From a virus: 64,000 nt of DNA. Below, one piece after another: positions 47,795-56,946 of this stretch. The stretch spans positions 71,426 through 135,425 of IMG/VR virus record IMGVR_UViG_3300010883_028422. One strand, 5' to 3'. The translations under genes and the position numbers were made by a program. The notes beneath the pieces are model-generated. The model had not been told where the DNA came from and did not search any database. It saw nothing but the letters and a program-made list of their open reading frames with translations. Position 1 is the stretch's first letter, and every line of letters begins with the position of its first letter.

Positions 47795-49402
47795 TTAGTT
47801 ACAGCCATATATTGCATATTCTATATCAATCATACTGCCATCTTCAGGTATATCTGATAAAAAGATTATAGAGTTTGTTGATGAGTCATATGACCATGTT
47901 GATGACACAGTCCCATCGACACTCACAACTATCGAGCCCTCTATTGGCTCATGACTTAAGGCGAATAGATTGCTAGCTATAGAGTCTCTGGCTAGCTCTT
48001 CCAGCTGGGTACCCCAATCGGTACTACACATCGATACAAACGTTCCACCGAGGTCCGAAACTACATCGTAATATCCGTCACCAAACGTTGCATATGTTCC
48101 TCCGCCAGAGCATCCGGACGGGTAGTCTCCCGCTACTGCATGCGCCGATACTAATGCCGAAGAGCCCTTCAGACTAAGGAGGTGTGCGGAATAATCTGAT
48201 GTTCCGAATGTTGAATATGATGATGAATGATCTGGTTCATCAGATATATATATTACAACAAATTTTGCACCAGTTCGCATAAAAGTTCCCGCAGTGTCCG
48301 CCGGTCCACCAACTGTTGTCGCCACATATGATTCATACAGCCCCCTCTCCATTGCGCTTCCGTGTGTGCCTATTGAGGTAATAATGCTATTTACTTCGGC
48401 AATCGGGTCTGCACTAGAATTTGTTATTATTGTTCCATCCACAAATTCATCGCCATTATCTGTCGTTATAAATCCAATTTTATAATCAACTCCTGATGCT
48501 GAAAATATGTTAATGAATGAGTCAAAGTTGTTTGCGAGGCTAGTTTGGTTTCTATACATTGATCCGGAATTATCTATTACGAATAATATGTCTGACTCTA
48601 ATAACCCATCTTGTTCGTGCGTATCTGTTATTATATCATAATAAGTTCCTTGGCCCTCTTGGGATGAATATGACATTGGATTTAGCGGATCATTAGATGA
48701 TATTTCTATATACGAATTATCATCAAGGATGTCTAGCGGCACATACCATACGTCCGCCTCTATGTTTGTTCCAGGTGATATGGTTATCGGCAGTATGGTA
48801 TTTATATAGCTTTGGTCATATAATTCAAAGTCAACAGGTACTGATGAGAAAAACTCTACATCATCAATTGTAAGATCAACATCTCCTAGGTTTGATATTT
48901 TGACTAAAATATAATTTTCACAACCTATATCTATTTCTCCAAAATCATGTTCCTCTGGAGTTACCTCTATAACTGGTGCGGAGCCTATTCCCATTATTGT
49001 AACTATGGATTCTGGCTCATCTTCATCATTTGAAAATATACTAATTGAATTTGGATTTGACTCATATGTTATTGGATCATATGTTATTGTTACTATAGAT
49101 TCTTCTTGAGGGTCCAATTCGCCATCTGATATGTTAGATATAGAATATACAGATATTTGATTATTTAAAATAATATTATTTAGATATAGGATATCATTTC
49201 CTATATTTTTTACTAAAATATCTAGTGACTTTACATCATTTGTTGCATTTAATATTCCAAAATCTAAATGCTCTGGAGAGACCTCTATTTCTGGAAATAA
49301 CTCAACACTTTGATCTTCTGATATATTTGATAAATTATAATCAGAGCAGCTAATTAGCGATAAAAATATAGTTGCAAAAATTAGTTCTTTTGACATAAGC
49401 AC
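47795..49402 (-). CDS. Lipoprotein with two ASH/Ig-like (choice-of-anchor D-type) repeats, a vWA domain and a C-terminal beta domain
   Basis: Signal peptide with lipobox LISC; P.IEV.PE.(L/H)DFG repeats; MIDAS DILFVIDNSGSM, ISDE.D. Confidence 0.82.
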   Translation of the reverse strand: MLMSKELIFATIFLSLISCSDYNLSNISEDQSVELFPEIEVSPEHLDFGILNATNDVKSLDILVKNIGNDILYLNNIILNNQISVYSISNISDGELDPQEESIVTITYDPITYESNPNSISIFSNDEDEPESIVTIMGIGSAPVIEVTPEEHDFGEIDIGCENYILVKISNLGDVDLTIDDVEFFSSVPVDFELYDQSYINTILPITISPGTNIEADVWYVPLDILDDNSYIEISSNDPLNPMSYSSQEGQGTYYDIITDTHEQDGLLESDILFVIDNSGSMYRNQTSLANNFDSFINIFSASGVDYKIGFITTDNGDEFVDGTIITNSSADPIAEVNSIITSIGTHGSAMERGLYESYVATTVGGPADTAGTFMRTGAKFVVIYISDEPDHSSSYSTFGTSDYSAHLLSLKGSSALVSAHAVAGDYPSGCSGGGTYATFGDGYYDVVSDLGGTFVSMCSTDWGTQLEELARDSIASNLFALSHEPIEGSIVVSVDGTVSSTWSYDSSTNSIIFLSDIPEDGSMIDIEYAIYGCN

Positions 49403-49407
49403 CCCTG

Positions 49408-50229
49408 TTATTCCTCTATAAAATTATATATATCATTTATTGATATTGCTAAAGCGCCATATGACGGAACTGTTGCAAATACCAGCCCTATCATTTCATT
49501 ATTTTTATTATAAACAGGACTTCCGCTATGCCCTGGAAGAATTATTCCTGATATAAATATAAAATCATCTCCATTGTGTGACAAGTTTTGCAAAGAAACT
49601 TGGTCTCTGCCAAGATGTCCGGAAACAAATGTTTCTAATATGGTTGGGAATATTCCGGTTGGCCCACCTATTATATATATTTTATCAAATTGATCAATTA
49701 TTACCTCATCACTTGCTAACGTAGTGGGCTTTATGTATCCAGTCATTCCAAGCAAGCATAAGTCGAGCCCACCGCTTGTTTTTAAAATGCTTGCTATTTT
49801 GGCATCTTTTAATGGTGTGCTTATCCTTGGCGAGCTAGAGTCTTCAAGTATTATAGCCATTAGTTGGCTCAGGAGTGCATCTTCACAAAAATGATTATTT
49901 GTTAATATATAAGATAAATTTTTATCCTTATCATATCCAATGCTGACTCCGGTTGCGCTACCAATAACCTCCCAGTTGGGCGAAGGTATGCCGCTTACTC
50001 TTGAATCAAGATTAATCATTGATAGCTTAACTACTGGCTTTAACATATCTCTTTTTTTACTAGCGGAGCTATGCTCTGGCTCCACTTTTAAAAGAGCGCT
50101 TATGTCGTTTTTTATAATATCAGAATTTTTATTAATTTTTGCCTGCATCAATAGTAATATTAATGGTATTGCTAAAGCTAAAGCAAATAATATTCTTTTT
50201 GTATAAACTTTGCATACTTTATTATTCAC
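49408..50229 (-). CDS. Membrane-anchored trypsin-like (S1) serine protease
   Basis: N-terminal TM helix; catalytic triad TNNHFC, DLCLL, GHSGSP. Confidence 0.9.
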   Translation of the reverse strand: MNNKVCKVYTKRILFALALAIPLILLLMQAKINKNSDIIKNDISALLKVEPEHSSASKKRDMLKPVVKLSMINLDSRVSGIPSPNWEVIGSATGVSIGYDKDKNLSYILTNNHFCEDALLSQLMAIILEDSSSPRISTPLKDAKIASILKTSGGLDLCLLGMTGYIKPTTLASDEVIIDQFDKIYIIGGPTGIFPTILETFVSGHLGRDQVSLQNLSHNGDDFIFISGIILPGHSGSPVYNKNNEMIGLVFATVPSYGALAISINDIYNFIEE

Positions 50230-50304
50230 ATTATAATGATATGTAATTAATATAATGGCATACAGAACTATTAATTTTTATTTAATTATCATAAGGAGAG
50301 CGCT

Positions 50305-50481
50305 ATGGGTTGTGGTTGTGGTTCTAAGAAGCCAGTAAGTTCTTACAAGAGGTCATCTGCAAAGAAAACTTCTTCTATTTCTAAAAAAACTTATACTAAA
50401 AGTAAGTCGAAAATTGACAGAGCTGGTAAGCTAACCAAGCTCGTTAGGGCTTCAAAAAGTGCAAGAAAAACAAGAAAATAA
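50305..50481 (+). CDS. 58-aa highly basic protein starting MGCGCGSKK (missed by the ORF track)
   Basis: AAGGAG RBS at 50293-50298; translation MGCGCGSKKPVSSYKRSSAKKTSSISKKTYTKSKSKIDRAGKLTKLVRASKSARKTRK*. Confidence 0.8.
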   Translation: MGCGCGSKKPVSSYKRSSAKKTSSISKKTYTKSKSKIDRAGKLTKLVRASKSARKTRK

Positions 50482-50562
50482 TATAATATAATAATATAAA
50501 CTATATATGTTGGTAAAGATTATTTATTTAAAGTTGTTAGTTAATTACACAGGAGGTCCGAT

Positions 50563-51081
50563 ATGCCAATAGATGACGAGAGCCCAGACTTGGTAATACC
50601 AGAGGGGCGCGAATATGACGATCCGCTGTTAGAGAAGCAGCCTGGGCCATCTAGTATATTTCCAGACGCAATTGATGGGTTTGGCCAGATACCTCTTGCT
50701 GTAAATAAAGTAACAGCATTGCGTGCAGAATTAGTCAACAGCTATAGGTCTGCGATTATAAATATAGAGTTAACTCTTGGTTCAAAAGTACAAGGTAAGT
50801 ATAATAATGTAAGAGAAAGACTGGAGGCTCTTGAGGCAGCCGGCCTTGGCGGCCTTATAGAGTGCTGTGATTTACAGGGAACAACTGATGCTGGAAATAT
50901 AACAACAAATGGCGTTATTATAGGCAGAGTCGCATCTGCTGCGGTACTATCAAACATACAGCTGACCACAGAAGACCTTACTTTGCTTGATAACTATAAT
51001 GGCGTTGTTGTTGGTCCGTTTGCAATAGGTGATAATACAGAGTTCACAATCCCCGGTGGAAGTACGCTTGTCGTAATGTAG
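50563..51081 (+). CDS. Virion fibre-associated protein
   Basis: AGGAGG RBS; FPDAIDG..., coiled RERLEALE, LQGTTDAGN.TTN; C-terminal GPFAIG...TIPGGSTLVV of the kind seen at phage fibre-gene ends. Confidence 0.55.
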   Translation: MPIDDESPDLVIPEGREYDDPLLEKQPGPSSIFPDAIDGFGQIPLAVNKVTALRAELVNSYRSAIINIELTLGSKVQGKYNNVRERLEALEAAGLGGLIECCDLQGTTDAGNITTNGVIIGRVASAAVLSNIQLTTEDLTLLDNYNGVVVGPFAIGDNTEFTIPGGSTLVVM

Positions 51082-51088
51082 GAACATA

Positions 51089-53875
51089 ATGAGTAAACTA
51101 AAAACAAATTCTATAGGCCCAGTAACTGAAAAAGATGTTACTGTAAAGGGACTTAGGAGTAGCACATCTCAGTCGTCAAGAGACGGCGTTATAAAGTATG
51201 AAGATGAAAAATTCCAATTTAGACAAGATGGCGAATGGATAACTTTTGATGATATACTTGGCTTAATACACGGACATCTTACTGGTGATGATTGGAATTG
51301 GAAGATGGAGGAGCATCTTTGGGTTCCGCCTAAGGATTTGACTTTAGATGTGATAGGCCTGGGGGAGGGCCTCAGTCTTGGTGATTTTGATGCAGATGGT
51401 GCAGATGGTGCAGATGCAGATGGTGACGGAGAAGATGACACTGCAATGATATTAACACTCGCTTCATCTATAATAAATAACTTAACGCTAACACTGCCTC
51501 TTCCCAGTAGAGATGAGACAAAGACTGAGGGGTGGGTTACGGAGTTGGGAGGATTAGGCCTGCCGCTTGTTACGACTTTATGTAGATATAAGCTTCCGGC
51601 CGGAACAACTGCTCAGTTTAAAAAGTCGGTAACGCATCCAGGCGCCGGCGCAGATGGTGAAGACCTAATGGTTGAGTTAGATTATTTTTACAGTATAGGT
51701 TATGAGTTAACAAAATTTTATGTGCATTATGCGGTTATTGGGGAGGGCATGTCCGCAATAGAGCCCGTAATTTATGACTCTGACTCTATAAGCAGCCGGT
51801 ACGCAGAGGTAAGCGTGTTTGGAGGGGAGTCTGTGACTCTTGAGCAGGATAAGCCGTCCTTTATTTCGCTCGAAGACTTAGAGGCGCTCATGGATGATAT
51901 GGACCCGGGACTTGGCGGTGAATCGGGAGATTTTACAGAAATTATAATGGAAAAGTTTGGTGTACAGAAGATTACACATAATTCCGCAAACTTTGTCACA
52001 TCATTTGGCTCCGTAATGGGCCTTGGAGGGTCTCCGCTGCCGGTTGAGATGGAGGACCTTCAAAATTTAATACCTGATAGCCTGCATAATACTCCAGAAA
52101 AAAGAGTTGCATCAGGTGTTCATGTCGCAGAGTATGTTTTAAGTGAACCATTAACTATGAATGGAAGGCAAACTTTTGGAATTTTTGCATCTGGACACGA
52201 AGTTGCCGCATCCGAGGAGTTTGATGGTGACGCATCTATGTCTGGACTTACCGCCATTCTTGGTGTAAAATTTATATTTGATAAAAAGCATTATAATGTT
52301 AGACACGGCGATGAGGAACTTCCACTCCCGCCTGGAGATGCCGGGTTTGGCATGCTAGGTTCCGAAGGAGAGCATATGGGTCATGCTTTAGATTCAGATG
52401 ATGATGGATGGTCTGATATATCAGAAATTATGGCAGGCACAGACCCGGCAGATTCTGCATCTCACCCCGCAATGATTATGGGGTCAACTCTTGATTCAGA
52501 TGGCGATGGTTGGACTGACGAGGCAGAGCTTGCAATGGGAACAGATCCAGAGGACTCTGCATCTCATCCGGTGGTTTTTGCGCACGCCGTAGAGTTTGCA
52601 TTTACCGCAACAGGCGTGTATGAACCAACGATACATCACTTTGCGCTAATTGGTGTACATTATTCGGGGCCAACAGTATCAGCTCCACTTTCAATGTGGA
52701 CGGACATCCGTGAGCTAGACGGGCTAGCCATAGCCATGGAGGTTCCTCCAGATAGCAGCTTTGTATTAGTCGCGCCATATTCAGATGAGTATTCCGCAGT
52801 AACATATGGCTCTGTTATAATGTCGCTATCTGCAACGTACGTAGGTTCGTCAGCAGGGTATGAGCCGGACGCACTTATGACATCATTTTACCCCGGGTAT
52901 GATGGTCCGGCACCTTTTGCGGCACTAGTGCCATATTCAGACGAGTATGAGGGATATCCGATAGTATCTACAGCTGCATTGCATGACCACCTGGAGTCCA
53001 CTGGCTCATTATCCTCAAGTACATTTTTGCTAAAGGCAGGTAAGTATGTGCCATTTTCGATTACAGAGCCATTCGTACATGGCACATACTCTATAGCGCC
53101 CGCTCCATCAGCACATGATCTTTCTTCCGGTCATTATTATATGTATGTATTTATTGATGGTGCTATAAAAGATACTTATTACGAACCAAGTGATGGAACA
53201 TATTACTATTATGAAATAACAACCCCAGTTGGTGACCTCAAACCATCTTCGGTCAAGGTGTCTGTTCCGGCTATATACGTATACTTTGTACCAGTAGGAG
53301 CGTCCGGACCCGCCATGCCTCCCGAAGACCTTGATGGTGACGGACTCTTTGACAAGGTTGAGGCTGTGATTGGGACAGACCCGTTGTCAGCAGATGTTGG
53401 CACGATTATGCTTGATGCGTCAGGAGATAAGCTTGGAGATGATTTGATTAAGCCACACACAATTGTGCATGGCAGTTTTGTTGACGGCAAGTGGGTTGTT
53501 AGCGGGGTCAGTGAATCTTACCTGATAGATTCTGATGGAGATATGCTTTCAGATGCAACAGAAGTTGCACTAGGTACGAATCCACAGAATCCAGACTCAG
53601 ACCAAGATGGGATTTCTGATGGGCATGAAATGCTTTTAAGAGATATGCTTGATGGCGAAATTGATGGTTTATTAGCAGAGGCCTTGGCCATCCTAGAGTC
53701 TAGCGCTTATGATGCAGAAGGTGCTGCTGGTAGTGGCGAAGATATATTTATAAGCTCAAGTGATAAGGCGGATATAATCATTGAAGCGTTCTCGGGAGAT
53801 GGCAAGCCGTTTGGCCCACAGGATAAGGCTAGGCTGCATGAGTTAATTGTTAATTTATTTAGTAATATAGAATAG
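51089..53875 (+). CDS. Large acidic virion fibre/decoration protein with DxDxDG Ca-binding (bacterial TSP3-like) repeats
   Basis: MSKLKTNSI N-terminal module; DSDDDGWSD..E...GTDP.DSASHP x2 (102-nt period, 52388 and 52490) and further DxDGD..D..E...GT(D/N)P units. Confidence 0.65.
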   Translation: MSKLKTNSIGPVTEKDVTVKGLRSSTSQSSRDGVIKYEDEKFQFRQDGEWITFDDILGLIHGHLTGDDWNWKMEEHLWVPPKDLTLDVIGLGEGLSLGDFDADGADGADADGDGEDDTAMILTLASSIINNLTLTLPLPSRDETKTEGWVTELGGLGLPLVTTLCRYKLPAGTTAQFKKSVTHPGAGADGEDLMVELDYFYSIGYELTKFYVHYAVIGEGMSAIEPVIYDSDSISSRYAEVSVFGGESVTLEQDKPSFISLEDLEALMDDMDPGLGGESGDFTEIIMEKFGVQKITHNSANFVTSFGSVMGLGGSPLPVEMEDLQNLIPDSLHNTPEKRVASGVHVAEYVLSEPLTMNGRQTFGIFASGHEVAASEEFDGDASMSGLTAILGVKFIFDKKHYNVRHGDEELPLPPGDAGFGMLGSEGEHMGHALDSDDDGWSDISEIMAGTDPADSASHPAMIMGSTLDSDGDGWTDEAELAMGTDPEDSASHPVVFAHAVEFAFTATGVYEPTIHHFALIGVHYSGPTVSAPLSMWTDIRELDGLAIAMEVPPDSSFVLVAPYSDEYSAVTYGSVIMSLSATYVGSSAGYEPDALMTSFYPGYDGPAPFAALVPYSDEYEGYPIVSTAALHDHLESTGSLSSSTFLLKAGKYVPFSITEPFVHGTYSIAPAPSAHDLSSGHYYMYVFIDGAIKDTYYEPSDGTYYYYEITTPVGDLKPSSVKVSVPAIYVYFVPVGASGPAMPPEDLDGDGLFDKVEAVIGTDPLSADVGTIMLDASGDKLGDDLIKPHTIVHGSFVDGKWVVSGVSESYLIDSDGDMLSDATEVALGTNPQNPDSDQDGISDGHEMLLRDMLDGEIDGLLAEALAILESSAYDAEGAAGSGEDIFISSSDKADIIIEAFSGDGKPFGPQDKARLHELIVNLFSNIE

Positions 53876-53892
53876 GAACGAGTGGTATAATA

Positions 53893-55149
53893 ATGAGCAA
53901 ATTAGAGACAAATTCAATCGGACCTTGGTCGAAACCAGATGTTGAGGTGTCTGGCCTAAGGTGCGCTAACACCAGCTCTCATAGAGATGGAGTTATAAGA
54001 TACAGAGATGATCAGTTCCAATTCAGAGAGGATGGGGTATGGAAAACCTTGTCCGATCCGGCAGCTGCAAGCGAAGAGCAACAATCTCCATTGCGCCTGG
54101 TTTATGCGCCAAATGCAGCATTTCCTGGGCCAAGACTTGGAAATATATTTAAAAGCTTTGCTGATTTGTATGCATTTTCTTCTAATTATTCGGGTGATAA
54201 AGAAATTTTGTTTGATAACAAATCTTTGCCAAATAAATTAGATATTAGTGTTATTGGTATTGACGGGTTATCATGGCCAGATGAGTCTAATTCATGTGTA
54301 ATTCCATCCGGAAATTATGATTTTAGACGAACATCACTAATGTCACTATCGGCTGATAATTCCGGTGATTGTGAACATGTGGTACCAATGTTCGGCTTTG
54401 CCTCTGACGGTCTGACCCAGCTTACGCAAGTTCCGGTTTTAGTTAAGAATGGTGCCAAAATCAAAAATCTTAGCTTTGCAAAGGGATTATTTTTCATTGG
54501 CGAGAAAGAAGGCTATGATACTCCTCCAATAACATATTCAAAGCTTTCTGATATATTTACACTAACACCAGATATGCTTAAATTTACTGGATATTTTTCA
54601 GTATGCCTTCACAAGTGTGCATTTATTGGCGGTGGCGGGTTTAAGATGACGGAGTTAGCTCCAGGAAGAACTAGTTCTTTAATATTTATTGATGGTCTCG
54701 GCATGACTCCGGACCCGTCTGCAGAGTGCGTAATGCTTCTTGTGAACGCTATGCATTCTGTATTTCTTGGAAATAATATTTTTTCTCTGGCAAATGGTGC
54801 ACATCTCAGTATTACGGACCCTATTGGTTCGAGTTGGTTTGGTGAAGATAATATAACTACAGAGCTAGACCCAATAGATCCTCTTCTGACACATAATAAT
54901 GCAGTTTTATTTCCTCCTCTTACTGGGTTTGTTAATACGACACAAACTAGTTTTAATTCGATAGGAGGCCTGGGGCTTCCTGGCGACATGATAGAGAGGG
55001 TGCCCTACTCACCCATAAGTGGTGTTTTTAATAGCGACCCAGACAATGTCGCTGAGGCTCTCGACAGGATGTCTCAAGCAATATATGAGATTAGGGGTAT
55101 TCTCATAGGCGCCGGAATAGGCGCTTTAGGCGATCAAAGAATCCCATAA
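53893..55149 (+). CDS. Virion fibre/decoration protein, paralogous N-terminus to 51089..53875
   Basis: MSKLETNSIGP...GLR.....RDGVI.Y.D..FQFR.DG.W.T shared with the upstream gene; C-terminal PYSP....PDNVAEALD. Confidence 0.6.
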   Translation: MSKLETNSIGPWSKPDVEVSGLRCANTSSHRDGVIRYRDDQFQFREDGVWKTLSDPAAASEEQQSPLRLVYAPNAAFPGPRLGNIFKSFADLYAFSSNYSGDKEILFDNKSLPNKLDISVIGIDGLSWPDESNSCVIPSGNYDFRRTSLMSLSADNSGDCEHVVPMFGFASDGLTQLTQVPVLVKNGAKIKNLSFAKGLFFIGEKEGYDTPPITYSKLSDIFTLTPDMLKFTGYFSVCLHKCAFIGGGGFKMTELAPGRTSSLIFIDGLGMTPDPSAECVMLLVNAMHSVFLGNNIFSLANGAHLSITDPIGSSWFGEDNITTELDPIDPLLTHNNAVLFPPLTGFVNTTQTSFNSIGGLGLPGDMIERVPYSPISGVFNSDPDNVAEALDRMSQAIYEIRGILIGAGIGALGDQRIP

Positions 55150-55161
55150 GCGAGATTTTCT

Positions 55162-55563
55162 TTGGATTATAATTATTTTTTAGACAGAATAGTTATTTGG
55201 GCTGAAGAGCGTGGCTATTCGGTATTTTTTGATAGAGATGGCGATGACACGGTTGATTGTGAGTCAAAAATTGTATCTATAAAGTCCACAAATAAACTGG
55301 AAACACAGCTATATGTATTGCTACACGAATGTGGGCATATATTAGTTAGGGCAAACGGCAGCCCTTTTCAGTTTAGAGAAGTTGATGATGAATACTCAAG
55401 GAAGAGCAAGATAAGTAAGGTTTTCGTCTTAATGGAAGAGGTAGAGGCGTGGAAAAGAGGCTACCTGTTAGGGAAGAGGCTAGGCATCGAAATAAATGAT
55501 CATCGGTGGAATAGGGCTGTAGCTAGAGCAATATGGAATTATGCCAACTGGACATCTTCTTAG
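55162..55563 (+). CDS. Small HExxH metallopeptidase-like protein
   Basis: LLHECGH with downstream EEVEAW (zincin third ligand). Confidence 0.6.
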   Translation: MDYNYFLDRIVIWAEERGYSVFFDRDGDDTVDCESKIVSIKSTNKLETQLYVLLHECGHILVRANGSPFQFREVDDEYSRKSKISKVFVLMEEVEAWKRGYLLGKRLGIEINDHRWNRAVARAIWNYANWTSS

Positions 55564-55775
55564 TTTTCGTTAAGCATATTGCTAGAGCCTATTGCGAACA
55601 TTATATCACGCTCAGAAAGCACAGTGATATTTGTATCTATTTTCATTAAATCTTTTGATTTTAATGCATCATTTAGAAGTTTTTTTAACTCTTCTATAAT
55701 TTCATTTTTTTGGTCGAAATCAACTTTGATTACACCATCTATTAGAAATTCTATAAATACTTTTTCTTTTAACAT
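55560..55775 (-). CDS. Hypothetical protein
   Basis: 71-aa ORF filling an otherwise empty interval; diverges from dUTPase across an AT-rich spacer. Confidence 0.6.
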   Translation of the reverse strand: MLKEKVFIEFLIDGVIKVDFDQKNEIIEELKKLLNDALKSKDLMKIDTNITVLSERDIMFAIGSSNMLNEN

Positions 55776-55891
55776 AATAACCTTATAGGTAAATATATAT
55801 AATAAATATATTTATAATAAATATTACTCCATTAAAATTAAAATAGGGTATAAAATATTTGTACATATTAAATATGCCATGGAGGGCTGAA

Positions 55892-56437
55892 GTGAAAAAA
55901 AATAATGTGAAAATAAAGCTACTTGACTCAAACGCAGTTGTTCCGACAAGGGCTCATGATACTGATACCGGCTATGACTTAACGTTTACTGGTATTGATA
56001 AGGTTGTTGGCGATGTAGTGTTCTTTAAGACAGGTATATCCCTGCAGCCGCCGTCTGGATATTATTTTGAGGTTGTGCCAAGAAGTAGCATTTCAAAGTT
56101 GCCACTAGAGATGGCAAATTCGGTTGGGATAATAGATGAGTCATATCGGGGAGAGATATTAATTCCTGTTAGAGTAACTCATCAACAAATGGGAACTAAT
56201 CCGAGATCTACACCATTCCCCAGTGGAATTGTACAAATTTTTGATTTTAAGCCTGACACACTACTTGGTGTTGCAAATTTAGTGCTTCAAAAAAAGCCAT
56301 GTTTATTCCAAGCCATACTAAAAAAGAGGTTTGATTGCAAGTTTGAAGTCATAAGTGATTTAGATTCTTCGGAAAGAGAGAATGGCGGGTTTGGAAGTAC
56401 GGACGCCGACGTGGATGACATACCTATATTGACCTAG
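55892..56437 (+). CDS. dut: Trimeric dUTPase with an insertion between motifs III and IV
   Basis: TGYDL, PRSS, GIIDESYRGEI, FQAI, RENGGFGST. GGAGGG RBS before GTG 55892. Confidence 0.93.
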   Translation: MKKNNVKIKLLDSNAVVPTRAHDTDTGYDLTFTGIDKVVGDVVFFKTGISLQPPSGYYFEVVPRSSISKLPLEMANSVGIIDESYRGEILIPVRVTHQQMGTNPRSTPFPSGIVQIFDFKPDTLLGVANLVLQKKPCLFQAILKKRFDCKFEVISDLDSSERENGGFGSTDADVDDIPILT

Positions 56438-56459
56438 CTATTAATTGTTGTGATTTAAC

Positions 56460-56536
56460 ATGCAGGAGTAAAGCATAGACGGGTAAAAAATTAAATCAAT
56501 CGGCCCAATCTATAGCCTTACTTCCTGCATTTTTTC
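56460..56536 (+). ncRNA. Long imperfect intergenic hairpin (~22 bp, 20-nt A-rich loop) followed by a U-tract; terminator or small RNA
   Basis: ATGCAGGAGTAAAGCATAGACGGG (56460-56483) pairs with CCCAATCTATAGCCTTACTTCCTGCAT (56504-56530); a T run follows. Confidence 0.55.
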
Positions 56537-56556
56537 CTTTTACAGCGGAGGTATCA

Positions 56557-56946
56557 ATGTCTGGTAATAATGACGATAAGTTAGCGAAGGTTTCAAATTT
56601 TTTTAAACGAAATGGCCTTCCAAGTGATGCATCTTTAATAAATTATTTTATTAAAAAGTTTGGAAGTAATACGCCTAATCTTTCAGATATATATCAAAAT
56701 ATTCCAAAAGAAGAGCGCAGTGATTTTATTAAGGCTGTAGATACTGCTTCTGATGATATTGACAGTATAGACAATGACGACAGTGATGAACATGATTATG
56801 AGTTAGAACAAATTTACGAACAAATGAGGAATATGCATAGAGAGAATCCTAATTTGGTTATGGTGCAGAAAGATGGGTTCGAGGTCACAATAGATGATGT
56901 TTTAGAGACATTGAGCATAGGCCCTGGGGGCTCTGAACAATTATGA
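56557..56946 (+). CDS. Hypothetical acidic protein with shared N-terminal leader
   Basis: GGAGG RBS; DKLAKVSNFFKRNGL..DASLINYFIKKFGS. Confidence 0.75.
   Translation: MSGNNDDKLAKVSNFFKRNGLPSDASLINYFIKKFGSNTPNLSDIYQNIPKEERSDFIKAVDTASDDIDSIDNDDSDEHDYELEQIYEQMRNMHRENPNLVMVQKDGFEVTIDDVLETLSIGPGGSEQL

Noticed and set aside
50305-50322. MGCGCGS as a eukaryotic myristoylation/palmitoylation signal
   Set aside because: The gene has a bacterial RBS in a phage context; a metal or disulfide role is more plausible.
53883-53891. TGGTATAAT as an extended -10 promoter
   Set aside because: It lies 1 nt before the ATG and overlaps the RBS spacer, so it is probably coincidental unless the transcript is leaderless.
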